DNA of 51,506 nucleotides from a virus: IMG/VR virus record IMGVR_UViG_3300045988_081631; one strand, 5' to 3'. Shown piece by piece: positions 43,438 to 51,506 of this stretch (position 1 is its first letter; each line of letters starts with the position of its first letter). The notes under the pieces were generated by a model. It saw only the letters and a program-made list of their open reading frames with translations, ran no database searches and was not told where the DNA came from. The position numbers and the translations under genes were made by a program.

Positions 43438-44796
43438 TTGAGTGGACACAACTTAGCGCCGTATCTGGCGGCGGCTGTCGCTCATAACCCGCGCGCGATG
43501 CAGCGGCTTGAAAAATTTGTCGGCACTCAGCGCGGGCACATGCTTGTTTTGGCAAAAAATGGCGGTTATGCTGACCATCGGGCTATCACGATGGGTCGCG
43601 CGGAACACGCCATTTCTGCGCGGCTGTTTCTGGGATTTTTAGAGACACTTTCCGATGAAAACCCAAAAGACGAACAGAAGTTGTTCCAGATTTTCCGTAA
43701 CGGATGGCCGAGGGCAATAAGCGAAGCAGAGATGAAAGAGAATCCTTCTATCGCTTTTGTCGCCCGAAGCAGCGTGGAACGAAACGCGGATGACCTGTCC
43801 ATCATGTTTGAGCTGGTTGTTTTTCAGACGGCCTGTTCGCTGCTTGGAAAAAGGTCGATTGCGCCGGAGACTGAAAAGGACGATACGGAAGTGTTCAACA
43901 ACTTCACCGCTTGGGTCAGAACTTTTGAAGCAGCAGCCGATAAGCAGGGCGCGCCGTATATGCTGAATGGAAAGCGATATCCCGAAAAAAGGCGGGAATA
44001 CTTCTCTTCCGGCATGATTGACCACTTGAACGCCGTTCGCTTGTCCGAGGAGAGCAGCCGCGCTTTTGACATTGCGCAGACCATTGCCGGCATTGATGCG
44101 GAAGCCTACACCGACGGTATCACGCTTTCTTCGCAAGAGCTTGAAGCCATATCGGCCTTTGCGAAAAGCGCAGAGGAAGCCAATTCTGCGGCGTACATGA
44201 CGATGCTGTTAAAAGCAGCGAATGCGGATAAAAAGTTTGCGTTCACGCAGTCGAACGACGAGCCTACCGCACGTTATCGCGCCGCTGAACAGCGGCTTCG
44301 GGAGCTGGGCGTACAGTTCGACGTTGCAAAACAGAGGACCGATATTATCCAAGAGCAGCTTCTGGCCGAGCAAGAGCGCAGCAAGCGCCGAGAAGCTGAA
44401 CAAGCCGAACAGGCCGCAGATCTCGCCGAGCTGGCCGCCCTGCGAAATGCGCTGTATCAGCTGGATGCAGATGATGACGATCCCGGCGATGACGCGTCTA
44501 TCCAGTGGGAAAAGCCGCGCGAACTGCCGCCGCATCTCGTTTCCCTTGGCGGTCTGCCGTCGTGGCGCGCAGAGATGAGCAAGCGCATCCCCGGCGCGAA
44601 GTTCATTCCCGCCGACGTGACGCTTCCGGAAGATACCATTCGCGCCGCGTCGGAACTGTGGATTGAACCCAGCTATCTTGGGCATAGCGTGTTCTATCGC
44701 GCTGTCGCCGTCGCAAAGGCGGCAGGCGTGCCCGTCAAGTATTGGCCGGGGAGAAACGTTGACCTGTGTATGAGAGCCGTCCAGACGGCTAAATAA
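43438..44796 (+). CDS. 452-aa protein of unknown function. The C-terminal roughly 90 aa are possibly DUF2325-like
   Basis: TTG start after AAGGTG. C-terminus VSLGGLPSW....ELWIEPSYLGHSVFYRAVAVAKAAGVPVKYW (assignment by recollection only). Confidence 0.6.
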   Translation: MSGHNLAPYLAAAVAHNPRAMQRLEKFVGTQRGHMLVLAKNGGYADHRAITMGRAEHAISARLFLGFLETLSDENPKDEQKLFQIFRNGWPRAISEAEMKENPSIAFVARSSVERNADDLSIMFELVVFQTACSLLGKRSIAPETEKDDTEVFNNFTAWVRTFEAAADKQGAPYMLNGKRYPEKRREYFSSGMIDHLNAVRLSEESSRAFDIAQTIAGIDAEAYTDGITLSSQELEAISAFAKSAEEANSAAYMTMLLKAANADKKFAFTQSNDEPTARYRAAEQRLRELGVQFDVAKQRTDIIQEQLLAEQERSKRREAEQAEQAADLAELAALRNALYQLDADDDDPGDDASIQWEKPRELPPHLVSLGGLPSWRAEMSKRIPGAKFIPADVTLPEDTIRAASELWIEPSYLGHSVFYRAVAVAKAAGVPVKYWPGRNVDLCMRAVQTAK

Positions 44797-44878
44797 GGCA
44801 CTATCGCTTGAAATCAAAGCAAGCGATTAGACCCCGTCAAAATCGACGGGGTTGCATATAATCGAAGGAGGAAGAATT

Positions 44879-45358
44879 ATGAAGAAAACTATTACACTCA
44901 TTCTTGCACTTTCTATGATCGTATCTCTCTGCTCCGTTGCATACGCGGAAAAGATTGATGGCAATCAGCTTCAACAAACTTGGGCAATAATGTATGAATC
45001 TATGGATTTGCCCGTGGACGATCTCAGCAGAGATAATTATACAAATGGCTTTGTGCTTTGTCTCGAACTCATGCTAAAGGAAATACAGTTGCAAAACCAG
45101 ACTACGAGTGTTTTGGCAAGCGGCTTGAGTTCGGTTAAATCTTCTGATAGCACTGAAGAACTTGAGAAAAAATTATCTCTTGTAAACGATTCTTTTCAAG
45201 ATGAAAACTACAATGAAATTTTATCTTATCTGAAAGAAGCGGAAAACTGTTATACCACTGGCTCTTTTTCGTGGGGAATCCTTAAAAAGAGAGCCTATTA
45301 TCATGGTTATTACGGCACGGATAAATTTGACGAAGAAAAGTATAACAGTATGGAATAA
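44879..45358 (+). CDS. secreted protein (signal peptide) of unknown function, low GC
   Basis: MKKTITLILALSMIVSLCSVAYA / EKIDG; GGAGGAAG RBS. Confidence 0.65.
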   Translation: MKKTITLILALSMIVSLCSVAYAEKIDGNQLQQTWAIMYESMDLPVDDLSRDNYTNGFVLCLELMLKEIQLQNQTTSVLASGLSSVKSSDSTEELEKKLSLVNDSFQDENYNEILSYLKEAENCYTTGSFSWGILKKRAYYHGYYGTDKFDEEKYNSME

Positions 45359-45392
45359 TTACCCGTCATCGCACGCGTGCGATAAAAGAGCA

Positions 45393-45434
45393 TAAAAAAA
45401 ACGCACGCGTTCCAATCCGCGTGCGTTTCTGTTT
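45393..45434. terminator. bidirectional terminator
   Basis: A8-acgcacgcg-8 nt-cgcgtgcgt-ttctgttt. A 16-bp palindrome atcgcacgcgtgcgat lies just upstream at 45368..45383. Confidence 0.75.
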
Positions 45435-45754
45435 CATTTGATGATTTCGACCGTCCCCTTGAGCAGCTGTGCCGCGCGGCGCATGAACGAGTTGTCCGCA
45501 AGGTATTCAAGGCCGCGCAAGGTGATGAACGGGTGTATCGGCTCTGTGATGTGTGGCCTGTCCTCTCCGAGCGCTTGCGCCGTTACAATGCCCTTGATGT
45601 AGCCGTCGTCCTGCAAGAGAATCAGCAGGCGTTCCCATCGCTCGTGGGTTATGCCCAGCCGTTCCGGCGATATCGGCGCAATGTCCGTGCTCTCCGCATC
45701 CATTGACGATTCAAGATGCTTTAATATCTTATAGATGATTTTGAAGTTATCCAC
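45434..45754 (-). CDS. YjcQ-family protein
   Basis: MDNFKIIYKILKHLE.....LLQDDGYIKGI...ITLRGLEYL. Confidence 0.7.
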   Translation of the reverse strand: MDNFKIIYKILKHLESSMDAESTDIAPISPERLGITHERWERLLILLQDDGYIKGIVTAQALGEDRPHITEPIHPFITLRGLEYLADNSFMRRAAQLLKGTVEIIK

Positions 45755-45812
45755 ATTATCACCTCACTTATCCACATTATATCATGTTATACGGATAGAA
45801 GGAAGTGTTACC

Positions 45813-47015
45813 ATGCCAAAACAGACAGGAAAACCCGGAAGGCCGACCACACGCCCGAAGAACAAGAAGCGTCTGCGCGCCGCCGTGAAGATACCGGGCG
45901 TTGAACAGCCCGTATGGGTCAGCGGCTATACCCGCGCAGAGATAGACCGGGAAAAGCAGCGCGTGAGGAATGAATATATCGACGGGTTGAAAATCCAAAA
46001 CAAGACCTTCCACGAGGTTGTGATTGAATGGTTTGATACCGTCAAAAAGCCGAAAATCAAAAGGGCCGCAACCCTTCATAATTGGAGAAGCGCCATAAAC
46101 AACCATCTTCTCCCATGCTTTTCAGAAAAAAAGCTCATTCGTGCCATTCGCCGCGCAGATCTTCAAGCCTGTCTTGATAAAATGGAAGGCATGAACCAAA
46201 ACACGATATTGCTAGTGAAATCAACCATCTCACATACTTTCGCTTATGCCGGCGCATGTGGGTATATCCAGCTTAACCCGGCCTTCGAGCTTATGCCCCC
46301 CTCTACACTCGATTCAAAACCCAAACGTCCGTTTACTCGTGAAGAAGAAACCAACATCCTCAATGCCGCTTCAAACGATCCTGCCGGAATCATTATATAC
46401 CTTTTATACTATCTCGGCCTTCGTTGCGGAGAAATGCTCGGCTTGCAATGGGGTGACATTGATTTCAAGAAGAAAACGGCTCACGTTCAGCGAGACGTGG
46501 ATTTTGCGACCGCAAAAATCGATGAACTGAAAAACAAGTCTGCCAATCGGTATGTGCCTATTCCAAACGCGTTGATGGAGATTCTCTCTCCTATTCGTGG
46601 CTTACCGTTTCAACATATTGCATCCGAAGACGGTCACTTTCTTAGTCCTACCCAATACAGAACAAGATTCTTCAGAATTATGTACCATGCCGGATTTGCC
46701 CGTGTTGGTGAACGGTATGCAAAAAAGGCAGAGCGCTATGCTCAAAGTGGAAGGGTTCTGCGCTCTCCTCAATTTGCCTTTGACTATGACACGGATTTCA
46801 CCTCTCATTATTTTCGTCATCACTATATCACAGCACAGGTTGAAATTGGTGAACGTCCCGAAATACTCATGTCCATCGTTGGGCATAGCAAGTACGATAC
46901 GACGATAAAAGTTTATACACATATAAAGGAAAGGATCAATGAAGATGAGCCGACATTGTTATCTGAAACCCTCAAAGCAGAACGAGCTAATTTTGCCACC
47001 ATTGCCAATAATTAG
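45813..47015 (+). CDS. int: tyrosine recombinase / phage integrase
   Basis: LYYLGLRCGEMLGLQWGDID (Arg), HYFRHHY (H-x-x-R), GHSKYDTTIKVYTH (His, Tyr). Confidence 0.9.
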   Translation: MPKQTGKPGRPTTRPKNKKRLRAAVKIPGVEQPVWVSGYTRAEIDREKQRVRNEYIDGLKIQNKTFHEVVIEWFDTVKKPKIKRAATLHNWRSAINNHLLPCFSEKKLIRAIRRADLQACLDKMEGMNQNTILLVKSTISHTFAYAGACGYIQLNPAFELMPPSTLDSKPKRPFTREEETNILNAASNDPAGIIIYLLYYLGLRCGEMLGLQWGDIDFKKKTAHVQRDVDFATAKIDELKNKSANRYVPIPNALMEILSPIRGLPFQHIASEDGHFLSPTQYRTRFFRIMYHAGFARVGERYAKKAERYAQSGRVLRSPQFAFDYDTDFTSHYFRHHYITAQVEIGERPEILMSIVGHSKYDTTIKVYTHIKERINEDEPTLLSETLKAERANFATIANN

Positions 47016-47222
47016 CCAGAAATTGTTTTTTGAATATGTTTCAATATCTTATATCACACTAATACATGAATTTTTTAATTATTTATTGGTTTGAAAATAT
47101 TTTCTGGATCAAGCTGCAATTAAATCACGTACGCGCAAAAAAACGTATATATTCTTTATTTTTTGTTCAGATGTGTTCGCTAGTGTATGGAAATTTTATT
47201 GCCAATAATTTGCCAGAAATTG
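47001..47222. other. attP-like AT-rich region bounded by a 25-bp direct repeat (47001..47025 and 47198..47222)
   Basis: attgccaataatt[a/t]gccagaaattg occurs twice. The core between the copies is AT-rich. The region is adjacent to int. Confidence 0.55.
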
Positions 47223-47247
47223 CCCTGAATTAAGTGTATAAAAATAT

Positions 47248-47281
47248 AAACAGCAGGGATGTTGCACCCTGCTGTTTTTTT
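47248..47281. terminator. bidirectional terminator
   Basis: cagcaggg-8 nt-ccctgctg followed by T7. Confidence 0.75.
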
Positions 47282-47741
47282 AGTGCTCAACGATGCACTC
47301 ATAATACCTTGCAGCCTTGTCCGGCACAGCGTCCTTGTCATCCAGAAACGCTTTTGCCATATCGGCGAAGAACTCCGGCTGAACCGCGTTATACCGCTTT
47401 GCTACTTCGTAGTAGTCGCTATACATCGCGTTCATGACGGCGAAGAACGCCCAGAACTTGTCATCGTCCATCGTCTCGCCGCGCTTTTGAAGCAATGTTC
47501 TGATTTGGTCAGGAGACCATTTTCCGCCTGTCGGCGTGTTCTGATCGACATTCTTCATGCCGCTCACCCACTCCTCGGCAAGCTGGCGGCTCATCCCTTC
47601 GGACGAATCCTCCCCGATTCGATATTTTTTCATGCCATCGAGAACGATGAACATAATCGCCGCATCGGTGATATCCTTCATCGTCCCGCCGTTTCGGAAG
47701 ATATCTTCAAGCTCCGCCCGAATCCCATCTTTATCAATCAT
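47280..47741 (-). CDS. hypothetical protein (153 aa)
   Basis: ORF track. Confidence 0.6.
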   Translation of the reverse strand: MIDKDGIRAELEDIFRNGGTMKDITDAAIMFIVLDGMKKYRIGEDSSEGMSRQLAEEWVSGMKNVDQNTPTGGKWSPDQIRTLLQKRGETMDDDKFWAFFAVMNAMYSDYYEVAKRYNAVQPEFFADMAKAFLDDKDAVPDKAARYYECIVEH

Positions 47742-47755
47742 GCTGAACCCCTCCG

Positions 47756-48172
47756 TTATCTACGGATGTTGCCCATCATCCTCCGGGCGCTCTGCTCATC
47801 GCCGTATGTCATGTCATCAAGTTCATCGTACATGTCGCGTTCTTTCCTATTATAGGGGCGTCGCGTATCATCCTCGCGGCTGTAATGCCCGCGAACGTAA
47901 TGCTCACCGCGCCGTGTGTAGGAATCGCCGTCATCGTCGTAAGGACGACCGAAGAAACCGCGCGCTTCCCAGCCGCCGGAACGTCCGTAACGGCCATGTT
48001 GGCTGTATCCGTCCTCGCCGTCCATCTTCTCAATTTCGAGAATGTTCTTGATGGAACCTGTCATGTTCTTGATATCTTCCGCATCGCCGCGGTTGATCTG
48101 CCGTTTCTGCGCGATGTTCTCAAGCTCGCGGCACATCATGTCTTTCAGCTCGTGCATCGAGGTCATAGTCAT
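47756..48172 (-). CDS. hypothetical protein with an Arg/Gly/Tyr/Asp-rich tail
   Basis: AAGGAG is 6 nt before ATG 48172. Confidence 0.55.
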   Translation of the reverse strand: MTMTSMHELKDMMCRELENIAQKRQINRGDAEDIKNMTGSIKNILEIEKMDGEDGYSQHGRYGRSGGWEARGFFGRPYDDDGDSYTRRGEHYVRGHYSREDDTRRPYNRKERDMYDELDDMTYGDEQSARRMMGNIRR

Positions 48173-48186
48173 AGCCTGCTCCTTTC

Positions 48187-48609
48187 TCACGCTTCGCGCG
48201 TGACAATGACATTGGTATTTGCCACGTCGATAGCCTGCGTGCTGGTATTTTCAAGCGCCACATTGACGCAGCATCCACGCGGAACGTCGATGTAGGCCAC
48301 GCCGCTGACGTTGAAGTAGTTCTCAACCGCAGCCGGCGTAACGCGTGCCGTTGCGCTGTTCAGCGGTTCGCCCGCGATGGTCAGTGCGACAGAAATCTCT
48401 GCAACTGTACCGCCAGTCGGGATAGCGATGTTCGCGCCGTACATCACGAGATATCTCGCTTTACACTGGCTGGTCAGACCGCGAAGGGTGATTGTTCCCG
48501 CGCCGTTGCGATGCTGGATGCAGGGCTTTCCGCTTTCGATTCTGTCCGTCAAGGGGACAATCTGTCCTGCCGCCACGTTGACGACGTTCGTATTTCCATA
48601 TTCTGCCAT
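48187..48609 (-). CDS. beta-rich protein, possibly a BclA-C/C1q-like fold
   Basis: ATG 48609 after GAAGGAG. The fold guess comes from a pattern of alternating beta strands only. Confidence 0.5.
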   Translation of the reverse strand: MAEYGNTNVVNVAAGQIVPLTDRIESGKPCIQHRNGAGTITLRGLTSQCKARYLVMYGANIAIPTGGTVAEISVALTIAGEPLNSATARVTPAAVENYFNVSGVAYIDVPRGCCVNVALENTSTQAIDVANTNVIVTREA

Positions 48610-48624
48610 GATTTCATCTCCTTC

Positions 48625-48656
48625 AAAAAATGCGGCAGGGCGCAAAGCCCTGCCGC
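48625..48656 (-). terminator. intrinsic terminator
   Basis: Minus strand GCGGCAGGGC-TTTGC-GCCCTGCCGC A TTTTTT. Confidence 0.75.
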
Positions 48657-48717
48657 TTTGTCGCATTATCGGTTGCCCGAACAGTTCGGTCGTGCCGAAC
48701 AGTTGCCTTTTATGCAC

Positions 48718-49491
48718 TTAGCAGTTGCATCCGTTGCAGTTGCCGTACTCATACGGTGCCGGAACCCGGAAAGCTGGAATCGCACGCGGGTTGTAGTAGG
48801 CAAACTGACCGCTCATATACGCCTTGAGCGTCTCGTTCTGTGCCGCCTGCGAGGCCGCCATCTGCGCCACGAAAATCTGCTGATTCTGCTCGGCAATCTT
48901 CGCGTCCTTCGCTTCAATCCGCTGTGCAGTCAGAGCATCGAGCACCGCGCGCGCGTTGGCGTTCTGGTTGTCCAGAATATCACGCGTCACGTTCTGAATG
49001 GTGTTGCGCGTGTCGCATCCCTGCTGGGCAAGGTTGTAATTCACGCCCTGAATCGCCTCTCGCGTCTCACAGCAGCAGCTAGCCTGCTGGGCCTGCATTG
49101 CGTTGAGCTGCTGCATCAAGCCCATCTGCTGATTGGCTCGGCTCAGTTCCGCAGTCTGGAAGCCGTTGCTCACGTTCTGGTTAATCGCCGCAAACCCGTT
49201 GAGCATCCCGGTATTCATCGCGTAGAAGCCGTCACACAGGCCGTTGTTCACGACGTCGATCTTTCGCTCCACGTTGGCAAAGTCGCTCGTAAGCACATAG
49301 CCGTCAACCGCAGACGCGCCGCGATTGCCACCCCAGCCGCCGCCGAAGCCGCCCCAGCCGAACATACCGAAGATCAGGAACAGGATGATCCACGCACCCC
49401 AGTTGCCGCCCCAGCCCATACCGTCACCGCCGTTGTTGCTATATCCGGCGGGAACAACCTGCATGGTCGTATCACAATTAGACAGAGACAT
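48718..49491 (-). CDS. membrane-anchored coiled-coil protein with a Gly/Trp-rich N-terminus and a CNGCNC C-terminus
   Basis: ORF track: GGNWGAWIILFLIFGMFGWGGFGGGWGGNRG ... YEYGNCNGCNC. Confidence 0.6.
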   Translation of the reverse strand: MSLSNCDTTMQVVPAGYSNNGGDGMGWGGNWGAWIILFLIFGMFGWGGFGGGWGGNRGASAVDGYVLTSDFANVERKIDVVNNGLCDGFYAMNTGMLNGFAAINQNVSNGFQTAELSRANQQMGLMQQLNAMQAQQASCCCETREAIQGVNYNLAQQGCDTRNTIQNVTRDILDNQNANARAVLDALTAQRIEAKDAKIAEQNQQIFVAQMAASQAAQNETLKAYMSGQFAYYNPRAIPAFRVPAPYEYGNCNGCNC

Positions 49492-49553
49492 AATTTCACT
49501 CTCCTTTTTCTGAATGGATAACTATTTCAAATCCGTGGCCACGGTTTTGATGC

Positions 49554-49772
49554 TTAGAAACCAAACATATTCTTCATGCCGTCAAACATGCTTTGCATCT
49601 GCTGTGCCTGACGCTGAATCTGATTCAACTGATTCTGATTTATTTTTCCGCTTGAAACCAGCTCGTTAATCATCTGCTGCGGGTCACGACCGCGCATCTG
49701 ATTCATAAACTGCTGAAATTGCCCCATCATCGGGTTCTGATTCCCGCCGAGTATATTAAACGGATTCGGCAT
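49554..49772 (-). CDS. Gln/Asn/Met-rich small protein
   Basis: ORF track. Confidence 0.5.
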   Translation of the reverse strand: MPNPFNILGGNQNPMMGQFQQFMNQMRGRDPQQMINELVSSGKINQNQLNQIQRQAQQMQSMFDGMKNMFGF

Positions 49773-50226
49773 TGCTCATGTCCTCCTTCGCTCTCTTGCC
49801 CTTTGCAGGCTCACGCACAGACATTGCGTCTACACGCGCCGCCATCGCTTCCACACGTGCTGCCATAGCTTCCAAATCTGCCCGCGTGGCATATTCCACC
49901 ATCTGTGCCTGCGGCGCTTGAACGGGCGCGTTCTTGCGCTCTACAAGGTCATAGATCGTCATCGACGGTTTACCGCTTGCATCCGCCTGTTTCAGGTAGA
50001 TAACCGGGGCGCTCCTGTCCCACAGGGCGACCGCACTGTTCGGCGCTACCATGTAGTTATCCGCCTCTTGCTTGTTGGCTACCCAGATAATCGCCGCATC
50101 CTGTCCGCGCTGAATAGGCGGCTGAACAGGCTGCATTGGCATTTGCGGATATCCCTGCCGAAGCTGTGCAAGCTGGTCAGGCATCGGCATTTGCGGGTAG
50201 TAGCCGTTGTAAGGGTAGTAAGGCAT
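49756..50226 (-). CDS. protein with a Pro/Tyr/Gln/Met-rich N-terminus
   Basis: ORF track. Confidence 0.55.
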   Translation of the reverse strand: MPYYPYNGYYPQMPMPDQLAQLRQGYPQMPMQPVQPPIQRGQDAAIIWVANKQEADNYMVAPNSAVALWDRSAPVIYLKQADASGKPSMTIYDLVERKNAPVQAPQAQMVEYATRADLEAMAARVEAMAARVDAMSVREPAKGKRAKEDMSNAESV

Positions 50227-50232
50227 CCTTTT

Positions 50233-50607
50233 TCACTCCTTCGACCAGTAATAGACCGGGATTTCGTCGCCGCTGTCCCACGTGTCAAACCAGTCCCCAT
50301 CCTGCACACAGACCACATGATTATTAACGGCCAAAACATACAGGCCGCGAGGATGGTCTTTGCAGAAATCCGCAACGGTATAGCAGTCCGGGCAACTGTC
50401 CGGCAGACTGCGGCGGGAGAATCCCATCTTGCGCAGATATGCGCCCCACACATGATTAGCGGACGGCATGTCATGCAGTGCAAACCCTTCAACCGCAATC
50501 CCCGTATAGGCGCGTTCCCATGATTGTCCTGTCGCCTTACACACTGCCCGAACGGCGCAATCGCCGACGTTGGCGCGGTCTGGATTGGGATTAAATGACC
50601 TGTACAT
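50233..50607 (-). CDS. possible papain-like cysteine peptidase-fold protein
   Basis: NVGDCAVRAV ... NNHVVCVQDG.WFDTWDSG (Cys/His/Asp order); ATG 50607 after GAGGTGAG. Confidence 0.5.
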   Translation of the reverse strand: MYRSFNPNPDRANVGDCAVRAVCKATGQSWERAYTGIAVEGFALHDMPSANHVWGAYLRKMGFSRRSLPDSCPDCYTVADFCKDHPRGLYVLAVNNHVVCVQDGDWFDTWDSGDEIPVYYWSKE

Positions 50608-50681
50608 CCGTCTCACCTCATGATTCATTTTTGCATTTTGGTGCTTTCATCGTGGGTCACTTACGGGTCAATTCAGGGTAT

Positions 50682-50715
50682 AAAAAAGAACCCGGAAGGT
50701 TTTTCCCTCCGGGTT
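50682..50715 (-). terminator. intrinsic terminator after the sigma-r4-like gene
   Basis: Minus strand AACCCGGAGGG-AAAAA-CCTTCCGGGTT C TTTTTT. The G.U pair exists only on the minus strand. Confidence 0.75.
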
Positions 50716-50718
50716 ATT

Positions 50719-50985
50719 TCATTTAAATGTTTTGTCGACCTCGACAAAACATTCCGTCTGCCGCCTCTGCCTTGCTCTGACGCGGCTGATTTTATCCTGC
50801 ACCTTGCGGGATTCGCGCTTGACGGTTTCTGGAGAAATGTGCAGTCTCTCCGCCGTCGCGATGAGGTTGTCGGTCTGCGCACGGGTGAGAAACACTTCCT
50901 TCTGCCTGTCCGTCAGCCCGCATGCCTGTATCAGCTCGTCACGTTCATCTTTGGTATATTGCGCAAACGTGATTTTGCCGCACAT
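50719..50985 (-). CDS. sigma-70 region-4-like HTH regulator
   Basis: LTDRQKEVFLTRAQTDNLIATAERLHISPETVKRESRKVQDKI. Confidence 0.6.
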   Translation of the reverse strand: MCGKITFAQYTKDERDELIQACGLTDRQKEVFLTRAQTDNLIATAERLHISPETVKRESRKVQDKISRVRARQRRQTECFVEVDKTFK

Positions 50986-50987
50986 GG

Positions 50988-51344
50988 TTACTCCTCTTGA
51001 GCGTTCGCCTGTTCGCTTACATCCGCCGCTTCAATCATCAGCGGCGCGGCGCTCTCCAACTTTGCAATCTCGGCGTTCACCAGCTCGATAAGCTCATCTG
51101 TATCCAACTTATATCCGTGCGCGTCAAGCCGCTCCTTTACCCACGCCAGCTTTTCTTCGCCGCGGCCGGAGCCGGTGTACAGCTTCTCGGCGGCGAAAAC
51201 AAGGATAGACACGAGGTCACGGATTTCCCGGCGCTGGTCAAGCGTCGTCTTGGCCTTGATCCACGGGACGACATACCGCGTAATCAGCGCGGCCACGAGG
51301 ACGATCAGCGCCTGAAAGATGGGGGTCAGGTCGATATTAGACAT
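50988..51344 (-). CDS. holin, LL-H family-like
   Basis: N-terminal TM LTPIFQALIVLVAALITRYVVPWI, then KLAWVKERLDAHGYKLD...; ATG 51344 after AAGTGAGG. Confidence 0.7.
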   Translation of the reverse strand: MSNIDLTPIFQALIVLVAALITRYVVPWIKAKTTLDQRREIRDLVSILVFAAEKLYTGSGRGEEKLAWVKERLDAHGYKLDTDELIELVNAEIAKLESAAPLMIEAADVSEQANAQEE

Positions 51345-51383
51345 AGATAGCCTCACTTTCTGCCCGGTCTTTACCGGGCAACG

Positions 51384-51506
51384 TCATAAAAATTTACGCT
51401 CCTGCAAACACTTGTGATAAGCGTTTTTGATGATTTCGACGGCCTCAACCGTCTTGTGGTTTTCAAACTCTGGGTGTGCTTTGCAATACGTCTCATATGA
51501 TTTCAC
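51384..51506 (-). CDS. 3' end of the membrane-protein gene whose 5' part is annotated at 1..413 (51406..51506 duplicates 1..101)
   Basis: In-frame continuation ..NAYHKCLQERKFL, with TGA at 51384..51386. Confidence 0.6.
   Translation of the reverse strand: MKSYETYCKAHPEFENHKTVEAVEIIKNAYHKCLQERKFL
51406..51506. repeat. terminal direct repeat copy 2
   Basis: Identical to 1..101. Confidence 0.95.

Overview
The first 101 nt (1..101) are identical to the last 101 nt (51406..51506). The window is therefore one complete, circularly closed or terminally redundant genome of about 51.4 kb, belonging to a temperate siphovirus-type tailed phage. RBS style and gene families (LL-H holin, YjcQ, CD1375-like, NlpC/P60+SH3 lysin) point to a Bacillota/Clostridia host. 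Almost all lytic genes are on the minus strand. In transcription order they are: early genes from a consensus promoter at 42476..42504, recombination/replication genes (Gp157-like, Sak/Rad52-like annealase, HNHc nuclease, replisome organiser, DnaB, Ant, VRR-NUC, SSB, MazG), many small Zn-ribbon/Lar-like ORFs, terS, terL, portal, scaffold, capsid, connectors, major tail, G/GT chaperone with a -1 frameshift, tape measure, tail tip, two fibres, endolysin and holin. Plus-strand genes form a lysogeny module (cI-like repressor, cargo genes, tyrosine integrase, attP-like region) and a very GC-rich 5-gene island. That island sits, in the opposite orientation, between terS and terL. The most unusual items are: (1) a roughly 620-nt ORF-free leader upstream of the replication genes, carrying seven mini-hairpins with covarying stems and a conserved loop, and ending in a non-canonical 150-nt tRNA-like/tmRNA-TLD-like module with encoded CCA; (2) the interrupted terS-terL junction, with the GC-rich island, a 450-bp ORF-free GC spacer and an attenuator-like double hairpin in front of terL; (3) a candidate antisense sRNA paired with a small hydrophobic peptide gene; (4) a Lar-like gene broken at a G7 tract; and (5) two cargo blocks of unknown function. 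All domain names come from reading the translations and recalling families. No database search was run.
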